DNA from: a virus
Taxonomy: Duplodnaviria; Caudoviricetes
Strand: one strand, 5' to 3'
Length of the DNA: 40,581 nt
Virus record (IMG/VR): IMGVR_UViG_3300032737_000030
Span: 1-40,581 of that record
Shown: one piece after another, positions 14,676 through 24,586 of the stretch
How the letters are laid out: the number at the start of each line of letters is the position of its first letter
Numbering within the stretch: the stretch's first letter is position 1
Translations under genes and position numbers: made by a program
Notes under the pieces: model-generated
What the model was told of the DNA's origin: nothing
What the model saw: only the letters and a program-made list of their open reading frames with translations
Database searches by the model: none

Positions 14676-16604
14676 ATGGCTAAGAATTATACAAAGGATG
14701 TTGGTGTTCAGGATCGTGCACTAGATCATGTCAAGCAGTCGTTTAAGGTCTCAGAAAACTTTCAGAACAGGCACTTTGAGGAATTCGTCAAGTACCGCAA
14801 GCTTTATCGTGGAGTACAGGATACTAAAAGCTATTCGGGTAGGGCGAATCTTTTTGTACCTGAAATCTTTGCTAACATCGAAGCAAAACATGCACGTATT
14901 ACTAGAAGTTACCGTGGAGTAGCAGCTAAACCACAAGCAGAAGATGATGTAGGTGCAGCAGAAGCAGCAGAAATGCTACTGGATTACCAGGAACGCATCT
15001 ATGGATATAAGAAAGTGTTCTCAGATATGTGTAAGGATGCACTTATTTATGGGAATTCCTTTGCTAAGGTTTCATGGAAGGTACGTAGTGAAAGTGAAAT
15101 GGACTACCCTGATGTAGAATCAGTAGATCCTTTAGATTACTTCTTTGATCCTGACGTAGTTAATAGACATCAGACAAGTTGGGAGATCCATCGTATCTAT
15201 AGAACTAAGGAAGAATTAGAAAAAGACCCTAGATATTTTAATACTGACGATCTAGTAGAAGGCTCCAAGTCAAGGATTGCTGGTTCATCTCGTAAGAACG
15301 CACGTCTTTCTTCTACAGGGATATCTAAACGACCGCAACAGTCTAAAAAAGTAGAACTACTAGAATTCTGGGGCTTATTTGATCCTGATGAGAAGGGTGA
15401 ACCTCGGGAGTTTTTGATTACAATAGCTGATCAGACACGTGTTATCCGCTTGGAAGAAAACCCCTACGTCGAATTACTAGCTGACTTCCCTAATCCTAGA
15501 CCGTTTGTACACATGCAGGATATCAACGTTCCTCATGAGTTCTATGCTATGTCCTCTATTGAGATGGCAGTTAAGCTTCAGGAAGAATTGAATGATACAC
15601 GTAACCAAAGAATGGATAACGTAACAATGGTCATTGATAGGATGTGGGTAGTTCCTAAGACAGCTGGTGTAGATGAGAATGATCTTATTAGAAGGCCTGG
15701 AGGTATTATCCGACCTAACGTACCTGGTCAGATAGAAGCATTGAATACTCCAGATGTAACACAGTCTGCTTATAATGAGGAAGAAATCATTAAACGTGAC
15801 CTTCAGAAGGCTATGGGAGTCCCTGACATTGCTACAGGGGAACTAGGAAGCCTCCAAGGTGAAGCAGTTGCTACTATTTTAGCAGTACAGGAATCAGGTA
15901 ACGTAATCTTTGACAAGGAGATAGCTAACTTTGCAGACGCTGTACGTGCCACGTTCGCTTTGGTACTCGCCTTTGATCAGAAGTGGATGGATAAGAAACA
16001 GGTTGTACGTCTTGAAGGTGAAAAGGGTATGGAGTTCAAGGAGATTACCAAGGACAATATCTCAGGTAGGATGGATATCGATGTGGCAATGGAAACACAG
16101 ATGAACAAAATTGTTAGTCGACAGGAAGCTATCAACCTTTATCAGATCCTTGCTCAGAATCCAATGATTAATCAGCAAGTAAATACACGAACATTACTAG
16201 AATCCATGGATCGCAAGAACATTGAAGAATTAATGGACACACCACCACCTGCTCCTAAGCCACCTGAAGAACCATCTAAGCGTATCAGTGTTAACCTAAA
16301 GGGTGATCTAAATTCCTTAGAGTCAGATGATATCGCTGTAATAATGGGTGCTAAACCTGAAAGTGCTGATCCTATTCTCCGTGAAGATACACGTATGTTG
16401 ATGAAGGGTATCTTCCCTGAAGACCGCAAGCTTGCATTAGAAGAAGCAAAGATCCAAGAGAAGCTCATTGAAGAACAACGTCTAGCAGGTACAGAAGCTA
16501 AGAATGCACAGCAACAGGATCGTAAGCTAGACATAGAAGAAAAGAAAACAAGTATTGCAGGAAACAAGGAGATTGCTAACAAGGCTAAATCATTATTAAA
16601 ATAA
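14676..16604 (+). CDS. Portal protein (P22-like podovirus type)
   Basis: Follows terL; 642 aa; DALIYG..F.KV.W, VDPLDYFFDP and LQEELNDTRNQRMDN motifs; C-terminal coiled coil. Confidence 0.9.
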   Translation: MAKNYTKDVGVQDRALDHVKQSFKVSENFQNRHFEEFVKYRKLYRGVQDTKSYSGRANLFVPEIFANIEAKHARITRSYRGVAAKPQAEDDVGAAEAAEMLLDYQERIYGYKKVFSDMCKDALIYGNSFAKVSWKVRSESEMDYPDVESVDPLDYFFDPDVVNRHQTSWEIHRIYRTKEELEKDPRYFNTDDLVEGSKSRIAGSSRKNARLSSTGISKRPQQSKKVELLEFWGLFDPDEKGEPREFLITIADQTRVIRLEENPYVELLADFPNPRPFVHMQDINVPHEFYAMSSIEMAVKLQEELNDTRNQRMDNVTMVIDRMWVVPKTAGVDENDLIRRPGGIIRPNVPGQIEALNTPDVTQSAYNEEEIIKRDLQKAMGVPDIATGELGSLQGEAVATILAVQESGNVIFDKEIANFADAVRATFALVLAFDQKWMDKKQVVRLEGEKGMEFKEITKDNISGRMDIDVAMETQMNKIVSRQEAINLYQILAQNPMINQQVNTRTLLESMDRKNIEELMDTPPPAPKPPEEPSKRISVNLKGDLNSLESDDIAVIMGAKPESADPILREDTRMLMKGIFPEDRKLALEEAKIQEKLIEEQRLAGTEAKNAQQQDRKLDIEEKKTSIAGNKEIANKAKSLLK

Positions 16605-16607
16605 TAT

Positions 16608-16823
16608 ATGGCAAATTGTGATTGTGACATTGACTTTTCAAAGTTTCCTAGAGCTATCAACTTTATGTGTCCACATGGAGTTTCACACAGAAATCCTAAT
16701 ATAGGTTGTCTACCTGGTGAACACTTCTGGATTAAGATACGTGCTATGGGTGATGGTCCTAGCTTTGGAGTAAAGGTCAAATGTGTAGAGTGCGGTGAGC
16801 AACGTGAACTGTGGGAAGAATAA
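16608..16823 (+). CDS. Cys/His-rich hypothetical protein
   Basis: 71 aa; CDC, CPHG and CVECG. Confidence 0.6.
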   Translation: MANCDCDIDFSKFPRAINFMCPHGVSHRNPNIGCLPGEHFWIKIRAMGDGPSFGVKVKCVECGEQRELWEE

Positions 16824-16824
16824 T

Positions 16825-17076
16825 ATGACACAGGAAGAAAAAGATGTAATTAAAGACATGAATGAAAACTCCGCTGGTTGGAAGGTATTTAGTAAATGGA
16901 TAGCAAATGAAAGGGAAGGTGCGGTAAGCATGTTGATTTATGAAGACAACGATGAGAACCGTGGAAAGATACACTTTATTGATTTACTACTTAATGAATT
17001 TAAATTATATGCCAAAGATACTAACCAAGAAAGAAGCAGACATTGTCGAAGAACATCGGGATCGCTTTGGCAATGA
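16825..17076 (+). CDS. Small post-portal protein (start re-called at MTQEEK)
   Basis: TAA-T-ATG junction; S.GWK.F..W motif often seen after podovirus portals. Confidence 0.55.
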   Translation: MTQEEKDVIKDMNENSAGWKVFSKWIANEREGAVSMLIYEDNDENRGKIHFIDLLLNEFKLYAKDTNQERSRHCRRTSGSLWQ

Positions 17077-17164
17077 GCATGCTCGTGTGATGAAGGCCGA
17101 AATGAAGAACGGTAGATCCCATCAAGACTCCCATCAAGTCGCTTTAAGATTAACAAAAGCATAA
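17009..17164 (+). CDS. 51-aa His-rich hypothetical protein (start re-called at MPKILTKK)
   Basis: EHARVMKAEMKNGRSHQDSHQVAL; coupled to the next gene. Confidence 0.5.
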   Translation: MPKILTKKEADIVEEHRDRFGNEHARVMKAEMKNGRSHQDSHQVALRLTKA

Positions 17165-17165
17165 T

Positions 17166-17354
17166 ATGTCTATTGACCTAAAGTTTATCCAATCAAAAGA
17201 TGAGGTTGTTGAACAAAGTAGTAAAACTATTAAGTTCACAGGCCGTCATGGAAGTTCCGATGGTGAAGGAAAGCAAACAACCTTCCCAAAGCAGTCTACT
17301 GAATCTGCTACTAGCAAAGTCAGTACCAATTATTCATCCGCACCATCTAAGTAA
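17166..17354 (+). CDS. Ser/Thr-rich hypothetical protein
   Basis: 62 aa with TAA-T-ATG junctions on both sides. Confidence 0.6.
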   Translation: MSIDLKFIQSKDEVVEQSSKTIKFTGRHGSSDGEGKQTTFPKQSTESATSKVSTNYSSAPSK

Positions 17355-17355
17355 T

Positions 17356-17613
17356 ATGTCTGATCAAATCCCACAATCCAATGCTCCGATGAAAGGGATG
17401 CAACGGGTTCCAATTAACACTAAGGAGTCACAGCCACAGTTTAGCCATACCCACGCCTCAGAAGGTGTAGGCAAAGTTTCAATGATGAAACTAACTAACC
17501 CTGGTACTTCTTCAGAAGAACAGATCAGTTCACCTAGTGAGAAGGTTGGAAGTGACAGTTTAAAAAGTCACGTCAACACCTCATGGATCGAAACTGATGA
17601 CCGATTACGATAA
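17356..17613 (+). CDS. Ser-rich hypothetical protein (start re-called at MSDQIPQ)
   Basis: TAA-T-ATG junction. Confidence 0.6.
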   Translation: MSDQIPQSNAPMKGMQRVPINTKESQPQFSHTHASEGVGKVSMMKLTNPGTSSEEQISSPSEKVGSDSLKSHVNTSWIETDDRLR

Positions 17614-17617
17614 TTAA

Positions 17618-17673
17618 TTTAGCCCTCAGTTTTCATCATACTGTGGTGAGTATTGAGGGCTAAAAACCTTAAC
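17618..17673. terminator. Hairpin before the scaffold gene (terminator or processing site)
   Basis: TTTAGCCCTCA ... TGAGGGCTAAA 11-bp stem with an inner ATACT/AGTAT stem. Confidence 0.5.
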
Positions 17674-17683
17674 AACTAAACCT

Positions 17684-18340
17684 ATGACTGAAGTAGACAA
17701 GTCTATCGAGGCCCCTGCGCCGACTACACCTACACCTGAGGTGTACGCACAGGACAAGTCATCCGATGTCCCTACGCAAAGAGAAGCAGAATCAGTCCCT
17801 GCTTCCGAAGGCCAGGACGCAGCCAACACTGGACAATCCTTCGAGGAATTGGCCAATAAGAAAGGATTCAAATCTCCAGAAGACATGGCGAGATCCTATA
17901 AGGAACTTGAATCCAAACTATCACAAACCTCAATGTCTAAGGCAGAACTTGAGAAAGCCCGTCCGTCTGATGTGACGGAAGACGCAGCCCGTGAATCACT
18001 TGAAGCTAAGATCAAGAACATCGAAGAGAAAATGGAACTCCGTGAACTCTTTGGTGCTCGTGAAGATGCCAAGGATTACGCAAAGCAGATGGCAGATTAT
18101 GTAAAAGATAACCCAAATGCTTCTTGGGAAACTGCATACAAGGTTTGTAAATTCGATGACCTGGAAACTACATCCAGGCAGGCAGGTCGGGACGAAGCCC
18201 TTGGCAACTTGAAAGACAAGGTAGCCTCAAGACCCGAAAGTCCTTCACCTAGTGAAAGCAAGGTAAAGAGCTTGAGTGATATGATCGCAGATCCTAACAC
18301 TCCGCTGTCAGAAATAGAAAAACAACTTCCACACGGATAG
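17684..18340 (+). CDS. Capsid scaffolding protein
   Basis: Acidic disordered N-terminus, FKSPEDMARSYKELESKL motif, coiled coil; directly before the capsid gene. Confidence 0.85.
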   Translation: MTEVDKSIEAPAPTTPTPEVYAQDKSSDVPTQREAESVPASEGQDAANTGQSFEELANKKGFKSPEDMARSYKELESKLSQTSMSKAELEKARPSDVTEDAARESLEAKIKNIEEKMELRELFGAREDAKDYAKQMADYVKDNPNASWETAYKVCKFDDLETTSRQAGRDEALGNLKDKVASRPESPSPSESKVKSLSDMIADPNTPLSEIEKQLPHG

Positions 18341-18348
18341 TAAGGAAG
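18324..18348 (+). promoter_or_regulatory. Late-gene motif, copy 2 (before major capsid)
   Basis: AACTTCC-ACACGG-ATAGTAAGGAAG. Confidence 0.6.
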
Positions 18349-18397
18349 AATACCATTCATCATGTAATGGAAATTTAATTACTAAGTAATAGATGAT

Positions 18398-19537
18398 ATG
18401 GGTTCAGCTACAAATACAACAACAACAACGTTGACGAACACTATCAAGGATTATTATGATCGTCTATTGCTTGAAGTATTAGACCCTTCTTTGCGTTTTT
18501 TCCAGTTTGCTGAAAAGAAGCCAATTCCTTTGAATGAAGGTCGTACTGTTATTTGGAACCGTCCTTACCGACTGTCACTTGGACAGAAGCTTACTGAAGG
18601 TGCACGTCCTTCTTCGAATGTGCTTTCTTCATATAAAGTTTCTGCTAAGGTTGAACAGCTTGGTGGATTCGTTCTAGAGACAGACCTAGTTCAATTGGCC
18701 TCAATTACAGACACCATGAAGATGGCAACCGAACGTCTAGCAGTTCAAGCAGCTGAGACAATCGATCGTTATATCATGGAATCTTTGGTTATGAATGCTA
18801 ACTTGACTGCCAACCTTGGTGGTTCAGCATTAAACGCAGTTAAGACATCTGGAAGTCGTATTGACATTTCTGCTTCTACAGCTCTTATCCGTTCAGCAGG
18901 TGGAACACCTACTGGACAGGATATTATCGCAGTTTCTGACATTCGAAAGATGGTATTCAAGCTTCGTTCGCTTAACGTACCAACTGTCGACGGTGAAAAC
19001 TACATTGGTATTATTCACCCTAACGTGGCAGAAGACTTGCAAGGAGACAGCACATGGCAGAACTGGCATCAGTACACTACTCCTGAATTCCTTTATCGAG
19101 GTGAAATTGGACGTATTCACGGTTGTCGATTCGTTGAGACAACTGACGCTCCTATTACTCGTGGTTGTTCAAACGCACTTGCGATTTCTGAAGCAACCGC
19201 TGGTCAATATGGTGCATCAGCACTTGGATACGGAACAGTTATCTTTGGTAAGGGCTTCTATGGTGCTACCGAACTTGATGGTGGTGTCCAGACCTTTACA
19301 GTAACAGGTCCTACAAAGGAAGATCCTTTGGCTCAGTACGATACATACGGTTGGAAGGCAAACTTCACATCTCGTATTCTTGACACAGAGCGTGGAATTA
19401 TTTTGTGGACAGGTTCAGAAGATCAGGTTACTGGCGCTTCTGCTACTTCAGCTGGAACAGCAGCTGGATGTAACGTAGGTGCAAACCTTTGGGATGATCC
19501 TTCAGGCATGCAGTCACTAATTTTACAGTCTACTTAA
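18398..19537 (+). CDS. Major capsid protein (N4-gp56-like family)
   Basis: YYDRLLLE, LTEG..P, YIGIIHP.VAEDL, GEIGRIHGCRFVET and DPLAQ....GWK motifs. Confidence 0.92.
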   Translation: MGSATNTTTTTLTNTIKDYYDRLLLEVLDPSLRFFQFAEKKPIPLNEGRTVIWNRPYRLSLGQKLTEGARPSSNVLSSYKVSAKVEQLGGFVLETDLVQLASITDTMKMATERLAVQAAETIDRYIMESLVMNANLTANLGGSALNAVKTSGSRIDISASTALIRSAGGTPTGQDIIAVSDIRKMVFKLRSLNVPTVDGENYIGIIHPNVAEDLQGDSTWQNWHQYTTPEFLYRGEIGRIHGCRFVETTDAPITRGCSNALAISEATAGQYGASALGYGTVIFGKGFYGATELDGGVQTFTVTGPTKEDPLAQYDTYGWKANFTSRILDTERGIILWTGSEDQVTGASATSAGTAAGCNVGANLWDDPSGMQSLILQST

Positions 19538-19543
19538 TTGTAG

Positions 19544-19563
19544 GGTTGGCTTATTTGCCAACC
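19544..19563 (+). terminator. Hairpin after the capsid gene
   Basis: GGTTGGC-TTATTT-GCCAACC; no U tract, so the function is uncertain. Confidence 0.4.
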
Positions 19564-19600
19564 TGGGTGGTGGGTCCAGGCTGGTAAATAAGAAAAAAAT

Positions 19601-20653
19601 ATGTCTACTAATTTAACTTTCGAACAGGTTCTGCTAGCATGTTATGATTCTACAAGCAATGTATTGAATGTAGGCATAACAGCAGAATCTATCGATTTAG
19701 ACGTTGAAGGCCCAGTCGCAGAGGATGCAGCCATTAGTGGGAATCCTTTACAAGTTGCATGGCGTTCAGCTGACTTTGACGGATCAGCCTTACCTGGAGC
19801 AGTTGGTGCCGAAGGTGATGTAGTTCGTCCAAAGGCCACATTAAGTGGTGTCATTTTCAATACAATCGTTAATGAAGATGGTTCCTCAACTCCAATAATT
19901 ACCCACGATACCGCTATTGGTACTGGTTTGGGTGTGGTTGGAATGATGCAAACCCTAGAAGCTAAAGACTTCGATGGTTCTGCATTACCAAACAATGTTA
20001 ATGCTGAAGGTGATGCTGTTAGAACAGCAGCATCTTTAACTGGTATTACTTACGTAATGCCTACAAATGAGGATGGTTCTGCAACTCCTGTAATTGCCGA
20101 TGATGCTGCTATTGCCGCTGCCACAGGTGGAACTGTTGGCCTGATGACTATGGGTGAAGCTCGTGACTCACAGCGTGCTGCTGTAGCCGAAGATGACGGT
20201 GTACGACCAGCTTTGAGTCTATATGGTGAAATGATTCCTAGAAGCCACACATATGGATCACAGTCTGATCGAAGTGAAGAAACAGATCCTTTAGATGAAC
20301 ATTATGTTGAGGAAGAACTGATAGATTCTACAAACGTAGCTGCAGCTACAAACTACTATCCTTCTTCTACAGGAAGGGCTATGGGTAACTTTAACAATGT
20401 TAGTATTCACTTTGAATTAACTGGTGGTGTTACAGCAACCATTGAAGCCAAGATTGATGATAGTACAGACTGGATTGACATTACACCTGCTGGATTTGAG
20501 TTAGCTACTAATGCCTCAGGAGCTGCTAGTTTTGTAGATACTTCTGGAATTGTTGACTTCGATGATCTTCATGTTAAAACAGTTCGTATTAAGTCAGTTA
20601 CTTCCGATGCTACCAACGGAGTACAGTATCACTGGAAATTAACATCAATCTAA
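19601..20653 (+). CDS. Putative capsid decoration or head fibre protein with a 65-aa internal repeat
   Basis: DFDGSALP..V.AEGD.VR...NEDGS.TP occurs twice, 195 nt apart; follows the capsid gene. Confidence 0.55.
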   Translation: MSTNLTFEQVLLACYDSTSNVLNVGITAESIDLDVEGPVAEDAAISGNPLQVAWRSADFDGSALPGAVGAEGDVVRPKATLSGVIFNTIVNEDGSSTPIITHDTAIGTGLGVVGMMQTLEAKDFDGSALPNNVNAEGDAVRTAASLTGITYVMPTNEDGSATPVIADDAAIAAATGGTVGLMTMGEARDSQRAAVAEDDGVRPALSLYGEMIPRSHTYGSQSDRSEETDPLDEHYVEEELIDSTNVAAATNYYPSSTGRAMGNFNNVSIHFELTGGVTATIEAKIDDSTDWIDITPAGFELATNASGAASFVDTSGIVDFDDLHVKTVRIKSVTSDATNGVQYHWKLTSI

Positions 20654-20657
20654 ATCT

Positions 20658-20924
20658 ATGAAACTATACCCAGAAGGACAGTTAGCTCCTGTAAGTGAAA
20701 CTAGTGAGGTGACTTCACAAAAGAAAACAGCGATTAAGACTTACATTAAAGGCCTAGATGTACCTGATGAAGGATTCTATTACGATGAACTCATCAAAGA
20801 AGTTCAGGTCTACTATGAAGGTAGGTCTGAATATTATACTAATGACACCATTCTTGAGTGTCTTAAAGATGTTGATGCTGAGTGGCATCCGATTGAAGAA
20901 GTTGAAGAAGTTATTGAGAAATAA
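20658..20924 (+). CDS. Acidic hypothetical protein
   Basis: 88-aa ORF tightly packed in the late operon. Confidence 0.7.
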   Translation: MKLYPEGQLAPVSETSEVTSQKKTAIKTYIKGLDVPDEGFYYDELIKEVQVYYEGRSEYYTNDTILECLKDVDAEWHPIEEVEEVIEK

Positions 20925-20926
20925 AT

Positions 20927-22234
20927 ATGTCGTTGATAATTAAGAACTCACTACCAGCAGAACGCAAAAGAAATCTTATATTTGCTGAGAACTTTGTTAA
21001 TGCTCAGGAAGTTCGAGAGAACGGTGGAAGATTGCAAGGAGATCCAGCTATAAATTTTGGCGCTAGTTTAGATGGAACAAGTGATTACCTCGAATATGCT
21101 CTAGAAGGAACTGAGTTGAGTGCTGATGATTTATCAGTGGTTTTTAAATTTATCCCTGACTTTGCTTTTGATGCTAATGCACAGCGTAACCTTATTGATA
21201 CAACGAACGGTGCTAGGTATAGGGTTGTAAAACAAAACAATGCATCTAGTAATGTGTTATCTGTCGTATTTGGTGGAACTACTATCGCTGATATTGCTAG
21301 TGCAGCTTATGGTGCGTATTGGAATGCTGATGTTGAAAACATCTTGGTTATCTCATCAACATCGGGTGATACGTCAGCTTGGCTTAATGGAACGAAGATT
21401 CTTGATGCTGATGCCACTGCATGGGCCAAGGTAGCACCAACAGAATTATATGTAGGTGCTAAGTTTGATGGCAGTGGTCCATTCGATGGAACAATCCTAG
21501 ATGTAAAGTTTTTTAAAGTGCAGCTGTCTGATGAAGAAAGCGAAGACTATTCGAATGGTAACTGGTTAGATTATAGAAATAACATGAGGGGTGACTGGCC
21601 ACTTGATATGGAACACCATGATATAGATAATCTTCAGTCACTAGACAGATCTGGGAATGGGTATCATGTTGCTATGGGAACTCTAATTGTTGCAACAATA
21701 CCTAAAAAGAACACTGACATGACTGGTTATTATATTGATGGTAATGATTTCTTCCAATTAACAACAAGTCTTGGGATCTCAGATTTCCCATTCAGCATGT
21801 CTATCATGTTTACAACCACTAGCACTGGTTTAGCATGTGTAATGGATTTAGGAGATACCAGTAGTTCCCTTAGAAACATGTCTATTTACCTTGATATTAA
21901 TGAAAATGCTGCTATAGCTATGAGAAATGGTGGTGGTTGGCAAGCAGCTGGTGCTACTCCAGCAGATCATGGAAATTGGATTCATGCTGTTGCTGTTTTT
22001 GCTGGAGCTACTGATAGAAGAATTTACATTAATGGAACTCTTGATGCTACAAATGTAGGTAATGTTGCTTTCTTTACTCCGAATAGATTTAGTATTGGAA
22101 GGTTTGGTGATCTAACACCTGGAGCTAATATTATAGGTAATATTGCTAGGGCTAAAGTCTGGGATTATGCACTTACACCACTACAGATAGCTGACTTAGC
22201 TGCTAGGGAATTCAAACAAATAAATATTATTTAG
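20927..22234 (+). CDS. LamG/concanavalin A-like domain virion protein (two domains)
   Basis: LDGTSDY, WIHAVAVF, IYINGTLD and GNIARAKVWDYALT..QI motifs. Confidence 0.8.
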   Translation: MSLIIKNSLPAERKRNLIFAENFVNAQEVRENGGRLQGDPAINFGASLDGTSDYLEYALEGTELSADDLSVVFKFIPDFAFDANAQRNLIDTTNGARYRVVKQNNASSNVLSVVFGGTTIADIASAAYGAYWNADVENILVISSTSGDTSAWLNGTKILDADATAWAKVAPTELYVGAKFDGSGPFDGTILDVKFFKVQLSDEESEDYSNGNWLDYRNNMRGDWPLDMEHHDIDNLQSLDRSGNGYHVAMGTLIVATIPKKNTDMTGYYIDGNDFFQLTTSLGISDFPFSMSIMFTTTSTGLACVMDLGDTSSSLRNMSIYLDINENAAIAMRNGGGWQAAGATPADHGNWIHAVAVFAGATDRRIYINGTLDATNVGNVAFFTPNRFSIGRFGDLTPGANIIGNIARAKVWDYALTPLQIADLAAREFKQINII

Positions 22235-22236
22235 AT

Positions 22237-24243
22237 ATGTCTATTATTGAGCAAAAGATAACCTCTGGAGAATGTGTTGCATATTGGGACTTTAGGACTA
22301 GGACCATGAAAGATTTTAGTGGAGACGGTAATGACGGAACGGCAACGGCTGCACCAGCCTTTTCTAGGAATGGTTTACGATTCGATGGTGCCAACGATCA
22401 GGTAATTACTGCTGATATAGATTCACCAAGCGCACTTACAGTTGTTGCTTTAATTAGGGCAGAATCTTTTACACATGCTGGTGGTGGTAATACGCCACGA
22501 ATGATGGATAAGGTTAATTCCTGGCGTTTTTATTTCGAGAATTCTGGAAGATTTACCTTCTTCAATGTTGGTGTAAGTGATACAGCAACCTTAAGTGCAT
22601 CAACGCTTGTTGTTGGTAAAACGTATGTATTAGCTGCTAGTTACAGCCCAACATCAGGAGAAAGAAAGATTTATCTTGATGGCAAAATAGATGCTGAAGA
22701 AACTGGAATTACTGGAAATATCTCACAAGACAATAACAGTGTTTACATTGGGGACAATCAAAACAACAACCGTAAATGGTGGGGTGATATTGGTGCTGCT
22801 ATGATGTTCAATTCTGAATTGACTGAAACCGAAGTAGCACAAGTTACAGCTGAAATTAATGCAACTGTCTGGCCACAGAAAGCTTATAGTAAGATTACTA
22901 CTGATGCAGCTGTTCCTGTAAACTTTGGTGCAATAACTTCTTGGAATATGAAACCAATTAATAACATTGTTACTGATGTGGTGGGTGGTAATGACGGAAT
23001 TGTTGTTGGTGCACCATCTTATAATCGTGCCATTATTGGGGATTCGATGTATTTTCCTGGTGCTGTTAATAACATTGTTAATGTTCCAGATGCCGCTGAT
23101 GTTGAGGTAGGAACCAATGATTTTAGTTTGTCCTTCTGGGTTAAAACCACCCAAGCAGGTTCTATTATGAGGATAATAGATAAACGTGGTGCAGACTTTG
23201 GGGCTGGTGGTATTGGATATACAGTTGGAATGTCAGCAACTGGACAGGTGATAGGTGGAATAGGTGATGGTACTACGAGTATTTCAGATGAAACGGTTCT
23301 TAACACTAACGCTATTAATGATGGTTTATGGCACTTTGTAGTTGCACAGTTTGACAGGTCAGGTTTAGCACGTGCTTTTGTTGATGATGTTGCTGGTTCT
23401 GCTACTGATATCTCAGCGATTAACCTTACGTTAAATAACGTTTCAGACTTCCATATAGGTCAGCAGTCCTATGCGGCTGCCGAACCATTTGAAGGTGAGT
23501 TGGCTTATCCTACACTCTTTAAGAAAATTATTACTGAGACAGAAAGACAGTTCCTGTTTGATCTAGGGTCTAAGGGTATACCTTTTAAAACTGATTGGGG
23601 AGTGAATGAAAGTGTAGCCAATGTTACCAGTGGTCAAATTGAGAACAGTATATTTAATCGTGGTTCTGGTACATGGAAAATATCCAATAATACGATTAAG
23701 TCTGATACAGTGAAGACATTAAAGAATATAGCTGCTGGTACGGCTTATTCTGAGATCTTGGCCAGCAGAAGTCCCGTAGAAGCTGCTTATGGAACCTGGA
23801 CGTTCTGGTTATACAAGGGTGCTGATGCTAATACTTCGTTTGTACAGTTTATTGCTACTGAAACAGGAAATATTGGTGCAGCCGGTCAGGATGGTTACTA
23901 TGTGAAGTTTGACGGTGTAGAAAAGTTTCTTATCGGTAAGACAGTAAATGGTTCTGCCACAACCCTATACAGTACATCCGCTAGTTACATTACTATCAAT
24001 ACCTGGTACAGGGTGCGTATTACTAGATCATTCCTGGGTGTGTTTAACTTCTCAATGAATGGAACTGATTTACCCGCTTCTGGTCTTACTGGTACTAATC
24101 CTTTTACTGATACTGCGGTTACTGAGGGAAGATACTTTGTGGCAGACCTGGATGCTGCTGATGAGATTTCTTATTCAAGTTTACGTGGTGATTATGTGAT
24201 TAAAACATCACAAACATTAACAGTTGGTGCTTCAACTAACTAA
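22237..24243 (+). CDS. Multi-LamG-domain virion protein
   Basis: DFSGDGNDGT, FDGANDQV, KIYLDGK, FSLSFWVKT and NDGLWHFVV motifs. Confidence 0.82.
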   Translation: MSIIEQKITSGECVAYWDFRTRTMKDFSGDGNDGTATAAPAFSRNGLRFDGANDQVITADIDSPSALTVVALIRAESFTHAGGGNTPRMMDKVNSWRFYFENSGRFTFFNVGVSDTATLSASTLVVGKTYVLAASYSPTSGERKIYLDGKIDAEETGITGNISQDNNSVYIGDNQNNNRKWWGDIGAAMMFNSELTETEVAQVTAEINATVWPQKAYSKITTDAAVPVNFGAITSWNMKPINNIVTDVVGGNDGIVVGAPSYNRAIIGDSMYFPGAVNNIVNVPDAADVEVGTNDFSLSFWVKTTQAGSIMRIIDKRGADFGAGGIGYTVGMSATGQVIGGIGDGTTSISDETVLNTNAINDGLWHFVVAQFDRSGLARAFVDDVAGSATDISAINLTLNNVSDFHIGQQSYAAAEPFEGELAYPTLFKKIITETERQFLFDLGSKGIPFKTDWGVNESVANVTSGQIENSIFNRGSGTWKISNNTIKSDTVKTLKNIAAGTAYSEILASRSPVEAAYGTWTFWLYKGADANTSFVQFIATETGNIGAAGQDGYYVKFDGVEKFLIGKTVNGSATTLYSTSASYITINTWYRVRITRSFLGVFNFSMNGTDLPASGLTGTNPFTDTAVTEGRYFVADLDAADEISYSSLRGDYVIKTSQTLTVGASTN

Positions 24244-24255
24244 TAACAAAATAAT

Positions 24256-24459
24256 ATGGATTTAAAAGAAAGAAAGTCCGAACTTGAACAAGAATTTGTT
24301 CAGAAGAAACAAGAAGCAGTAGACACGGAGAAAGCGTTGGAAATTAAGAAACAAGAACTACTGCAACTACAAGGTGCTTATACTGAGATTATTAATCTAG
24401 AGAAAACTTATGCCTCCAAAGAAGAAAGCTCCAAAAAAGACAAAGAAGTCAAAAAATGA
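24256..24459 (+). CDS. Small coiled-coil protein (possible fibre chaperone)
   Basis: Heptad-rich; LLQLQGAY. Confidence 0.6.
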   Translation: MDLKERKSELEQEFVQKKQEAVDTEKALEIKKQELLQLQGAYTEIINLEKTYASKEESSKKDKEVKK

Positions 24460-24565
24460 AGAAGTTATCAACACTAATGTGTGTGCTAAATGTGGTATAA
24501 TTTTACCATCAGGCTATATAGCCAAAGGCGATTTACGCTTCTGTTCCCCAGGTTGTTCTAACTAG
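24410..24565 (+). CDS. 51-aa Lys-rich TRASH/FCS-type zinc-finger protein (not in the ORF track)
   Basis: MPPKKKAPKKTKKSK...CAKCG...FCSPGC. Confidence 0.55.
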   Translation: MPPKKKAPKKTKKSKNEEVINTNVCAKCGIILPSGYIAKGDLRFCSPGCSN

Positions 24566-24586
24566 AACCAAGTAAAAACATAAAAT

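Noticed and set aside
16172-16831. 219-aa minus-strand ORF and the other antisense or nested ORFs in the late region
   Set aside because: Shadow frames of the portal, capsid, glycan and tail genes with no recognisable motifs.
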